NCBI GenBank assembly: GCA_944384405.1 | Contig: CALWTH010000015.1 | Coordinates: 90 to 64,089 of the forward strand | Direction: 5' to 3' | Source: an uncultured Clostridia bacterium | GTDB taxonomy: Bacteria; Bacillota; Clostridia; Christensenellales; UBA1242 | Length of the DNA stretch: 64,000 bases | Shown here: piece after piece, positions 27,001 through 35,061 of the stretch | Position numbering within the stretch: position 1 is the first letter of the stretch | Layout of the letters: every line of letters starts with the position of its first letter | Made by a program: the position numbers and the translations under genes | Notes under the pieces: model-generated | Database searches by the model: none | What the model saw: the letters and a program-made list of their open reading frames with translations, nothing else | What the model was told of the DNA's origin: nothing

Positions 27001-29007
27001 AATTTATCTACTAGTATAACAATTAGTTTGAAAAGCAGTTCAAACGGATATGTTGGATATTATGCCAAGAAAATAACAAATACTTTAAGTCAGGATAATT
27101 TTTATACTCAAGATGGAATACATTATTATGAAGATAATGAAATAAAGATTATATTAGGAATTGACATTGAGGGCTACACAATGACAATACCAGAGGGAAC
27201 AGTTGCAATAACTTCGGGACTTGTCCTTGGTTTACTTCCTGAGAGTGCTGGGAAAAACGTGATAGCAAAAGTTGTTATACCAAGTTCAGTAACAAGCATA
27301 GGGAGTTCGGCATTCAGTGGTTTTGGAAATTTAAAAGAAGTTTATTATTTGGGAACAGTCAACGACTGGCTCAATATAAGGTTTTCTAATGATACTTCGA
27401 ACCCAATGAGTTATGGTGCAAATTTGTATATAAATGATACCTTACTTGAAGAAATAAAGGCGAATGACTTTACTGATGGCAAAAATATAACTAGAATAAG
27501 CGACTATGCTTTTTATAATTGTAAAAGTTTACAAAGTATCACAATAGCGGATACTGTTGAGACCATAGGAAGTCGAGCATTTTCTGGTTGCAGTAGTTTA
27601 CAAAGTATCACAGTGCCGGGCTCGGTAACAAGTATAGGAAGTCTAGTGTTTTATGGTTGCAGTAGTATAACAGAAGTGCACTATCTTGGAACAGTCAACG
27701 ACTGGCTCAATATAAGTTTTTTTGATTCCTATGCAAATCCATTATATTTTGGTAATGCTATTTGGTATATGAACGATACATTACTTGAAGAAATAACTGT
27801 AGAGGATTTTACTAATGGTAAAGAGATAAATACGATAAGCGAATATGCATTTTATGGATGTGCCAGTTTAAAAAGCATCACAATCCCAGCAAATGTAACA
27901 AGTATAGGCAGTTCTGCGTTTGATGGTTGCAGTAATTTACAAGAAGTGACATTGCCAAATAACACTGATTTTACAACGATAGGAAGTAATACATTTTCTA
28001 ATTGCAGTAGTTTACAAACCATTACAATACCAGAAACGGTAACAAGTATAGGACGTTCTGCATTTTATAATTGCAGTAGTTTACAAAGTATTATAGTGCC
28101 AAAATCGGTAACAAGTATAGGACGTTCTGCATTTTATAATTGCAGTAGTTTACAAAGTATTATAGTGCCAAAATCGGTAACAAGTATAGGCAGTTCTGCG
28201 TTTAATGGTTGCAGTAGTTTACAAGAAGTGACATTGCCAGATAACGATAAATTTACAACTATAGAAAATCATACATTTTCTGAGTGCAGTGATTTGCAAA
28301 TCATAACAATACCAGGCTCGGTAACAAGTATAGGAGATTCAGCATTTTATAGTTGCTATGATTTGCAAACCATAACAATACCAGGCTCGGTAACAAGTAT
28401 AGGAAGTTATGCATTTTATAGTTGCAGTAGTATAAAAGAAGTGCGTTATTTGGGAACAGTCAACGACTGGCTCAATATAAGTTTTTCTATGAAAGAGTCA
28501 AATCCGATGCGCTTTACTGATAATGTGTACATAAATGATAGCCTGCTTGAAGAGATAACGGCAGAGGATTTTACGGATGGAACAAATAAAATAACAAAAA
28601 TAAACAATTATGCTTTTTATGGCTATTATAGTTTAAAAAAGGTCACAATACCGGACTTTGTGGAAAGTATCGGAAATCAAGCATTTTATAATTGCTATAA
28701 TTTACAAACCATCACAATACCAAACACTGTTGAAAACATAGGAAATTATGCATTTGATACTGATTATAGAGCTTCTTCAATTTACAGAATAATTGTTGAA
28801 AGCGAAACAGTTTTAAAAGGTTTGACGGGAACTGGAACAAGCACAATGGGTGCTTTACTTTCAACAGTGGAAGATAACTTGGATAGAATATACATTCCAG
28901 AATCTATTGAGGATTCTGTGCCTGATTATATTAAAAACAACTGGACAAAGTTTGACAAAACTGAAACAGTTAATGGAACGATATATGTTATTTATGGAAA
29001 AATATAG
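24031..29007 (+). CDS. giant BspA-type leucine-rich-repeat surface protein (1658 aa)
   Basis: N-terminal signal-anchor, then dozens of ~23-aa units of the form ITIPxSVTSIGxxAFxxCSSLQ (BspA/LRR_5 type), plus seven 58-aa YLGTVNDWLNISF modules. No LPXTG or other C-terminal anchor seen. AAGGAG RBS. Confidence 0.85.
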   Translation: MKNSLKLIITIAMCCISTALLVFGVYSANQIDYSLTGNIFYEVNSLYTDVSTSLYALTQTQEQSEIDSYLKMVELKDSLDNNQSLPDDIVKLDYSSFYSTMNNNISEEDTLLASETFGVSYDDYDPVLVTPTAYTFYLVFEVKNYSSETISALLDFSNITNNTTNTTVNSLFTKANIYGKTGEEEYGTFYFVSSLSFDKHSILKSYNFDNITFTVNTGELVSTPLSQFTFTTSNGQATLTSYVGDSTDVVIPSHLDDGTPVTELGGNAFRNKTIQNVYIPDTISVINDAAFSGCTNLSNVDIQSNCLTSIGYSVFSGCSSLQSITIPNSVISIGRYAFNNCSSLQGVTLPNNDNFTTIEGDMFYNCKNLQSITVPGSVTSIGSYAFRGCSSLQEVTLPNNDNFTTIERDTFNGCSSLQTITIPKSVTSIGYSAFSECSSIKRVHYLGTVNDWLNISFHDGTSNPIWYGANLYINGTLFEEIKAEDFTDGKEVTKINDYAFSGCVSLKSVTIPSGVTSIGSSAFYRCSSIKDVYYLGTVNDWLNISFGASSSNPLNNGANLYINGTLLLEEIKAEDFTIGKEVTAISDYAFYNCKTLKSVTIPSGVTSIGSYAFRGCRSLQSITVPGSVTSIGSYAFYGCSSLQEVTLPDNNNLSTIENYTFYGCNGLTSITIPDSVTSIGSYAFDACSNIKEVYYLGTVNDWFNISFSGSSSNPLNNGANLYINDTLLEEIRAEDFTIGKEVTAISEYAFYNCKTLKSVTIPSGVTSIGSYAFNDCSSLQSIIVPDTVTSIRYQAFTGCSNIKEVYYLGTVNDWLNISFGDLYSNPLNNGANLHINDTLLEEIKAEDFTDGNEVTKIGYAFYGCNSLKTITIPETVTSIGSSAFYGCSNLQEVTLPDNDKFTTIERNTFDGCSSLQTITIPANVTSIGSQAFYNCSSLQEVTLPDNDKFTTIESNTFYNCCSLSSITIPANVTTIGSQAFWGCSNLFLVINLSTSITISLKSSSNGYVGYYAKKITNTLSQDNFYTQDGIHYYEDNEIKIILGIDIEGYTMTIPEGTVAITSGLVLGLLPESAGKNVIAKVVIPSSVTSIGSSAFSGFGNLKEVYYLGTVNDWLNIRFSNDTSNPMSYGANLYINDTLLEEIKANDFTDGKNITRISDYAFYNCKSLQSITIADTVETIGSRAFSGCSSLQSITVPGSVTSIGSLVFYGCSSITEVHYLGTVNDWLNISFFDSYANPLYFGNAIWYMNDTLLEEITVEDFTNGKEINTISEYAFYGCASLKSITIPANVTSIGSSAFDGCSNLQEVTLPNNTDFTTIGSNTFSNCSSLQTITIPETVTSIGRSAFYNCSSLQSIIVPKSVTSIGRSAFYNCSSLQSIIVPKSVTSIGSSAFNGCSSLQEVTLPDNDKFTTIENHTFSECSDLQIITIPGSVTSIGDSAFYSCYDLQTITIPGSVTSIGSYAFYSCSSIKEVRYLGTVNDWLNISFSMKESNPMRFTDNVYINDSLLEEITAEDFTDGTNKITKINNYAFYGYYSLKKVTIPDFVESIGNQAFYNCYNLQTITIPNTVENIGNYAFDTDYRASSIYRIIVESETVLKGLTGTGTSTMGALLSTVEDNLDRIYIPESIEDSVPDYIKNNWTKFDKTETVNGTIYVIYGKI
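28037..28174 (+). repeat. perfect 69-bp tandem duplication inside the LRR gene
   Basis: 28037..28105 is identical to 28106..28174 (encoding SVTSIGRSAFYNCSSLQSIIVPK twice). The next 16 nt repeat again before diverging. Confidence 0.9.
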
Positions 29008-29012
29008 TAATT

Positions 29013-29038
29013 AAAAAACGCACATTGGTGCGTTTTTT
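29013..29038. terminator. bidirectional terminator between the convergent LRR and kinase genes
   Basis: AAAAAACGCAC-ATTG-GTGCGTTTTTT. Confidence 0.7.
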
Positions 29039-29043
29039 AATTA

Positions 29044-29952
29044 CTAAACATTTAAAAATTCGCGAAGAAGTGAATTTTTTGGGACAAGACTATTTGTCAT
29101 TGGCTCAAATTTTTTCAATTTTTGAACTAAATCTATGCAAGTAGATAAACTCTCTTTTTGAAGAAGTGGGGAAAGATAGTATGCGTATAATAATGGCTCA
29201 TACATATGAACACTATCAACAGAAAAATCTGCATCGTCTTTATATGGGTCAATATATTTTTTTTCGCCTTCAAGCACTTCATGCCAAGTACTTAGCGTTG
29301 TTTTAACATTCCTGCCACGCGTTAGACTGTCACGAAGAAGGCGTCTAAGTAGCCTTATTTCAGTACTAGACAAGACACATTTGTCATTTTCATAGAAATC
29401 TGACTGAGTGCAAATATAAATTTTATACACATATTCTGTATATCCGTTGATAAGAAGTGGATTAAGTGCATGCAAACCTTCAATAATCACTATTGTGTCG
29501 TCATCTATATCAATGTGGGTATAATTTTCTTCTCGCATACCAGTCAAAAAATTATACTTTGGCATATCAGCTTCAGTGGTGGATAGAAGAGCATGCAAAA
29601 AACTATGAAAATATTCAATATCAAGTGCAGTGACATTTTCATAATCATAATTGCCGTTTGGAAGAAGTGGTGTGTTTTCTCTATTTAAAAAGAAGTCATC
29701 AAGTGAAACATATATACTTGTTTTGTGTTTCTCGGTGAGTCTATCTGCCAAAATTTTGCTAGTGGTTGTTTTTCCAGAAGATGATGGACCCGCTAAAAGC
29801 ACAATTTTGACTTTTTTTTCTAATATTTCATCAACAATATCGTCAATTTGATTGTGAAACATATTTTCTGACATATCAACTAAAAGTTGTTCATCAGTGT
29901 TTTTTAAATTGTTCAATTCATCGACATAGTAAATATTTTTATTCGCCTGCAT
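29044..29952 (-). CDS. uridine kinase-family P-loop nucleoside kinase
   Basis: Walker A GPSSSGKTTT, then DDFF, PKYNF, IIEGLHALNP and RLLRDSLTRGR, matching the Udk/PRK fold pattern. AAGGAG RBS. Confidence 0.65.
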   Translation of the reverse strand: MQANKNIYYVDELNNLKNTDEQLLVDMSENMFHNQIDDIVDEILEKKVKIVLLAGPSSSGKTTTSKILADRLTEKHKTSIYVSLDDFFLNRENTPLLPNGNYDYENVTALDIEYFHSFLHALLSTTEADMPKYNFLTGMREENYTHIDIDDDTIVIIEGLHALNPLLINGYTEYVYKIYICTQSDFYENDKCVLSSTEIRLLRRLLRDSLTRGRNVKTTLSTWHEVLEGEKKYIDPYKDDADFSVDSVHMYEPLLYAYYLSPLLQKESLSTCIDLVQKLKKFEPMTNSLVPKNSLLREFLNV

Positions 29953-30120
29953 TATATCTCCTTAAGGTTGCCATAAAAGAATAACATATTTTTGCTTATT
30001 TTTGAAATATTTTAACTAAAAATTTTAAATTTATCATAATTTAATTGTTTTTGACTTTTTTTGCTTATTGGGGACATTTGGATTTTATTTGAACTATATT
30101 ATATACGAAAAGAGGTATTT

Positions 30121-31539
30121 ATGAAGCTAAAAGATTTATTAAAAGACATAAAAGTAAAAAACGATATTTCAAAAATACAAGACATGGAAATTACAAATCT
30201 TAGCACACACGCACAAGATGATTTAACTGGTTGTTTATTCTTTTGTTACAGTGGTTCACATGATGCTTTTAGCGTGGCACAAAAAGCGCAAGAAAATGGA
30301 GCACTTGCAATTGTTTGTGACAGACTTTATGATGTGAATGTTGCAAAAATTTTAGTCGATGATGTCCGTCAGGTTATGGCGACGATGGCACAAACTTTTT
30401 ATGATACAAAAGATGTAAAGGTGATAGGCATAACAGGTACAAACGGCAAGACAACAACTAGTTTCATAATCAAAAACATCTTATCAAGTGCTGGCAAAAA
30501 AGTGGGGCTTATTGGTACAAATGGCATATATTACAAAGATAATTTTTTGCCCGCAAAACTCACTACGCCTGATGTTTTAGACTTGCATCAAATTTTTTCA
30601 ATAATGAAAAAAGGCGGTGTTGATTATATTGTTATGGAAGTGTCGGCGCACGCAATAGCATTGAAAAAAGTTTCGGGTGTGGATTTTGTTTGCAAAATTT
30701 TAACAAATGTATCACAAGACCATCTTGACTATTTCAAAACGCTTGAAGAATACAAAAAAGTCAAACAAAGTTTTTTTGACAATCCACAGGACCTTATGGT
30801 AATAAACGCCGACGATGAAGTTGGTCAAATCATACTCGCAAAATACGATAGTGCAATTTCATATGGCATAAATTGTCCAAGTGATAGTTTTTGTATTGAT
30901 ATAAATGGTGATGCAACGCAGTATGTGATGAACATATGTGACAATGTAATAAAAATAAAGTCGCATCTATATGGGCTTTTTAATGTTTATAACTGTCTTG
31001 CTGCGGCAACATGTTGCTATTTTCTTGGAATAAGCATTGACCAGATTCAAAGTGCGTTATGTAATGTTTGTGAAGTGGAGGGGAGATTTAACGTAATTAA
31101 ACACAATGACAAGACAATAATAATAGATTTTGCGCACACACCAGACGGACTTGAAAACGTGCTTAAAACGGCAAAAAGAATGTGCAAAAATAAACTCATT
31201 TGCGTGTTTGGGTGTGGAGGAGACAGAGATAAATCGAAGCGTAGACTTATGGGCGCAGTTGCTGAAAAGTACTGTGATTATTGTTTCATCACAAGCGATA
31301 ACCCACGCTTTGAAAAGCCAGAAAGCATCATTGAAGACATACAAAAGGGCTTTAATGGAAAAAATTATTATGTGGCAGTTGATAGAAAAATTGCTATTTC
31401 ACTTGCAATAAAATATTTAAAAGATGGCGATGTTCTTATAATTTGTGGAAAAGGTGGGGAAAATTATATTGACATAAAAGGTGAGAAATTGCCATATAGT
31501 GATTTTGAAACTGTTAAAGAGATATTGAAAGGTCAATGA
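30121..31539 (+). CDS. murE: UDP-MurNAc-L-Ala-D-Glu:meso-diaminopimelate ligase
   Basis: GITGTNGKTTT. The DNPR motif (SDNPRFE) is typical of DAP-adding MurE. Start at MKLKDLL after AGAGG. Confidence 0.85.
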   Translation: MKLKDLLKDIKVKNDISKIQDMEITNLSTHAQDDLTGCLFFCYSGSHDAFSVAQKAQENGALAIVCDRLYDVNVAKILVDDVRQVMATMAQTFYDTKDVKVIGITGTNGKTTTSFIIKNILSSAGKKVGLIGTNGIYYKDNFLPAKLTTPDVLDLHQIFSIMKKGGVDYIVMEVSAHAIALKKVSGVDFVCKILTNVSQDHLDYFKTLEEYKKVKQSFFDNPQDLMVINADDEVGQIILAKYDSAISYGINCPSDSFCIDINGDATQYVMNICDNVIKIKSHLYGLFNVYNCLAAATCCYFLGISIDQIQSALCNVCEVEGRFNVIKHNDKTIIIDFAHTPDGLENVLKTAKRMCKNKLICVFGCGGDRDKSKRRLMGAVAEKYCDYCFITSDNPRFEKPESIIEDIQKGFNGKNYYVAVDRKIAISLAIKYLKDGDVLIICGKGGENYIDIKGEKLPYSDFETVKEILKGQ

Positions 31540-32537
31540 TAGAAAGAAATTTATTTATTTTTTTAATGGGGTTTTTGGTTGCGGGACTTTTGTCTCCACT
31601 TGTTTTGTCGCTCAGCAAAAAGTTAAAAGCAAGGCAAACAATACTTCAATATGTTAAAGAGCATGAGGCAAAAAATGGCACGCCAACAATGGGTGGTATA
31701 ATTTTTATTGTTGCGTGTGCACTAGTTTGTCTATTCTTTTTGTGGCAAGATTTCACGCTTGGTATAATCACCATTGCCGTTATGGTTGCGTATGGAGTTT
31801 TGGGCTTTTTAGATGATTTTTTAAAAGTGCACTATAAACATAATCTAGGCCTTAGAGCATATCAAAAAATAATTGGACAAGTAGGCATTGCCGTCATAAT
31901 TGCAGTTTTTGTATACAATTCAAACTTGGTAGGGACAAGCATATTTATACCCTTCACTTCAATAAGTTTAGACATAGGCTTTTGGATTATTCCGCTAATA
32001 ATTTTTGTATATTTGGCTGTGGTGAACAGTGTCAATTTGCTTGACGGACTTGACGGACTTTGCAGTGGTGTCACTTTTGTCTATCTTTTGAGTTTTGTAT
32101 GTGTTATGCTGATATATTCAAATCTTCCACAGGTGGACTTTGGGCAGTGGCAAAATCTTATTCAAATAACATTTGCGATGGCAGGGTGCTTGCTTGCTTA
32201 TTTCGTGCTAAACTGTTATCCTGCAAAAATTTTTATGGGAGATACCGGCTCGCTTGCACTTGGCGGACTTGTCACCACTCTAGCAGTTTTTACTGGGCTT
32301 GAACTATATATTCCAATACTAGGCATACCATATGTTGTTACTGCACTAAGTGATATAATCCAAGTGTTGTATTATAAAAAGACGCATAAGAGAGTGTTTT
32401 TAATGGCTCCGCTTCATCATCACTTTCAAAAAAAAGGTGTGAATGAAAGTAAGATTGTCACCATATATATAATATCGACAATGGTTGTTTGTTTAATTAC
32501 AATCACGTTGATCTTATATTTTGGTGGGATAGTGTGA
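31536..32537 (+). CDS. mraY: phospho-N-acetylmuramoyl-pentapeptide transferase
   Basis: Polytopic, with NSVNLLDGLDGL and MGDTGSLALGG motifs. Confidence 0.9.
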   Translation: MIERNLFIFLMGFLVAGLLSPLVLSLSKKLKARQTILQYVKEHEAKNGTPTMGGIIFIVACALVCLFFLWQDFTLGIITIAVMVAYGVLGFLDDFLKVHYKHNLGLRAYQKIIGQVGIAVIIAVFVYNSNLVGTSIFIPFTSISLDIGFWIIPLIIFVYLAVVNSVNLLDGLDGLCSGVTFVYLLSFVCVMLIYSNLPQVDFGQWQNLIQITFAMAGCLLAYFVLNCYPAKIFMGDTGSLALGGLVTTLAVFTGLELYIPILGIPYVVTALSDIIQVLYYKKTHKRVFLMAPLHHHFQKKGVNESKIVTIYIISTMVVCLITITLILYFGGIV

Positions 32538-33835
32538 ACATATTAACAAAAAATTTTTTAGTTTATGGAACAGGGAAAAGTGGTAAAAGTGCAGTTTTAT
32601 TTTTGTTATCTCGTGGAGCAAAAAATGTTTACACTTTTGACGACGATAATAACAGTGAAAGCGTAAAAAATACAACAAAACTAAATAGTTTAGATGATAT
32701 AGAAAATTATGATATTGAGTGTGCAATATTGAGTCCCGGTGTTAATGTTCTTGGCAACCCAAACATTGATTTACTTTCAAAAAAGGGCATTAAATTTATT
32801 AGCGAGTTTTATCTTGGCTTTATGTTTTCATACGGCAAAAAGATATGTATAACAGGAACAAATGGAAAGACAACAACAGTGAACTTAATATATGAGATGC
32901 TCAGACAAAAATATAAAGATGTTTTTCTTTGTGGCAACACCGATACACCAATAACAAAAATAGCAAATCTCACTTCTTTAAATAGCATTTTGGTTTGCGA
33001 AGTTAGTAGTTTTGCACTTGAAACATGTGAAGAAATTAAGCCTGATGTTAGTGCAATATTAAACATAGGCGTGGACCACATTGCTAGGCATGGTACATTT
33101 GAAAATTATAGTCAAATAAAGAAGAAGATAACGGCATATCAAGACGCAAAAGACTATTTTGTTTGCAGTGAAAATTTTGACATTGTGACAAACGCCAATG
33201 TTGTTTTGTATTCTTTAAATCAGCATTCTTGTGGTGCATATGCTTCAAAAGGATATGTCTGCTTTAATGGCCATAAGATAATAAAAAGAAAAGACATAAA
33301 ACTTTTAGGTGATAAAAACTTAGAAAATGTGCTTTGTGCAGTTTCAATAGCAAAACTTTTTAAGGTTAGAAATGGAAAGATAAAAAAGGTTTTAAAAAAC
33401 TTTAAGGGGTTAAAGCACAGAATTCAAGTTGTTTTGAAAAAAAATAATATTACATACATAGATGATAGCAAGGCGACCAATCCTGACAGCACAATTTGTG
33501 CACTGGATAGCATACATGATGAAACAATTCTTCTTTTGGGTGGAAGTGATAAGGGCTATGATTATGACGAAATTTTTGAACATACACAACACACAAAAAC
33601 TATTTTGACTTTTGGACAGATGGGCGAAAAAATAAAGCAAACTGCACAAAAAAGTGGTTTCAATGATGTTTTGTCTTTCAAAAAGATGAGTGATGCCACA
33701 CTTTACGCAATAAGTATTGCACGCTCTGGCGATGTTGTTCTTTTGTCGCCTGCGTGTGCTAGTTATGATGAATTTAGTTCATATGCAGAAAGAGGTGATA
33801 GCTTTGCGAAAATTGTTGCAGAAAATGAAGATTAA
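32534..33835 (+). CDS. murD: UDP-MurNAc-L-alanine:D-glutamate ligase
   Basis: ITGTNGKTTT with a Rossmann-like N-terminus (VYGTGKSGKS). GTG start overlaps the mraY stop (GTGTGA). Confidence 0.85.
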   Translation: MNILTKNFLVYGTGKSGKSAVLFLLSRGAKNVYTFDDDNNSESVKNTTKLNSLDDIENYDIECAILSPGVNVLGNPNIDLLSKKGIKFISEFYLGFMFSYGKKICITGTNGKTTTVNLIYEMLRQKYKDVFLCGNTDTPITKIANLTSLNSILVCEVSSFALETCEEIKPDVSAILNIGVDHIARHGTFENYSQIKKKITAYQDAKDYFVCSENFDIVTNANVVLYSLNQHSCGAYASKGYVCFNGHKIIKRKDIKLLGDKNLENVLCAVSIAKLFKVRNGKIKKVLKNFKGLKHRIQVVLKKNNITYIDDSKATNPDSTICALDSIHDETILLLGGSDKGYDYDEIFEHTQHTKTILTFGQMGEKIKQTAQKSGFNDVLSFKKMSDATLYAISIARSGDVVLLSPACASYDEFSSYAERGDSFAKIVAENED

Positions 33836-34925
33836 GTTTGACAAAACAACTGTCCTTGTGGTTTTGTGCACACTTGCGCTTTGCACGTTTGGGTGCATAA
33901 TGGTTTATAGTGCAAGTTTTTATTCAGCGCAAAAAAATTATGATAACTCGACTTTTTTTCTTGTGAAGCAAATTATAGGTGTTTTGCTTGGCTTTTGTGG
34001 CATGATATTTTTCACATTTTTTGATTACAAAAAGCTTCAAAAATTTAAATGGATTGCTGTTATAGTCGCAACTGTTTTTCTTATTCTTGTATTTATTCCA
34101 GGAATTGGAATATCAAATTATGGTGCAAAAAGATGGATAGGATTTGCAGGATTTTCTTTTCAGCCTAGTGAAATAGCAAAGTTTGCACTTGTGCTTTTTT
34201 GTGCTTGCCATTTTTCAAAACACAAAGATGATGCAAAAAAATTCAAAACAATTATTCCGCCTTTGGCAGTTGGTGGACTATTTTGTCTACTTGTTATATT
34301 AGAGCCAAATATGAGTATAACTATGTGTCTTGGAATAGTGATGCTTGCAATGTTGTTCTTTGGTGGAACGAAATTCAAGTATTTTATTTACATAGGAATA
34401 CCAGCACTTTGTCTTGTACCTGTACTTATCATAATTGAGCCCTATAGACTTTTAAGACTAATGGCTTTTTTGGACCCTTGGGCTTCGCCACAAGGTGAGG
34501 GATTTCAGCTTATTCAGTCACTTTATTCACTTGGCAATGGTGGACTGTTTGGCGTAGGGCTATTTTCTTCAAGACAAAAATATCTTTATTTGCCTTTTGC
34601 AGAAAGTGATTTCATTTTCTCAATCATATGCGAAGAATGTGGATTTTTTGGAGCAACAATGCTCATTTTAGCATTCGCACTTTTGTGCTATTTGCTTGTA
34701 AAAATTGCACTAAACGCAAAAGATAGGTTTGCAAGTTTACTTGTCGTGGGTATTGCGTGCGTGATATGTACTCAAGTTGTTTTGAATATTGCAGTTGTCA
34801 CAGGCTCAATCCCGCCAACAGGACTTCCACTTCCATTTATAAGTGCAGGAAGTACTTCTCTTATGGTGTTTATGTCTGCAATAGGGGTTTGTTTAAATGT
34901 TGCAAGGCAGAGTAAAAAACAATAA
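33825..34925 (+). CDS. ftsW: SEDS-family peptidoglycan polymerase FtsW
   Basis: Polytopic, with SEDS motifs (GAKRWI, QPSE, LPLPFISAGSTS). Start at MKIKFDK overlaps the murD end by 11 nt. Confidence 0.85.
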   Translation: MKIKFDKTTVLVVLCTLALCTFGCIMVYSASFYSAQKNYDNSTFFLVKQIIGVLLGFCGMIFFTFFDYKKLQKFKWIAVIVATVFLILVFIPGIGISNYGAKRWIGFAGFSFQPSEIAKFALVLFCACHFSKHKDDAKKFKTIIPPLAVGGLFCLLVILEPNMSITMCLGIVMLAMLFFGGTKFKYFIYIGIPALCLVPVLIIIEPYRLLRLMAFLDPWASPQGEGFQLIQSLYSLGNGGLFGVGLFSSRQKYLYLPFAESDFIFSIICEECGFFGATMLILAFALLCYLLVKIALNAKDRFASLLVVGIACVICTQVVLNIAVVTGSIPPTGLPLPFISAGSTSLMVFMSAIGVCLNVARQSKKQ

Positions 34926-35015
34926 CAAAAAAAAGATAAATTTTAAAAAATATAATAAAACAACACAAAAATTAAATATCAACTTTAATATCAAAATAGG
35001 TCTTAAATTTTAACA

Positions 35016-35044
35016 TTGACGTTTATTATAATTTGAGTTAAAAT
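35016..35044 (+). promoter_or_regulatory. promoter of the inserted LRR cassette
   Basis: TTGACG (35016..35021), 17 nt, TAAAAT (35039..35044). Confidence 0.5.
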
Positions 35045-35061
35045 ATAGCAGAGGCAAAAGT

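Noticed and set aside
24700-28800. Regularly spaced ~69-bp DNA repeats that could look like a CRISPR array
   Set aside because: They are in-frame coding LRR units within one long ORF. The 'spacers' are themselves conserved, there is no leader, and no cas genes are present.
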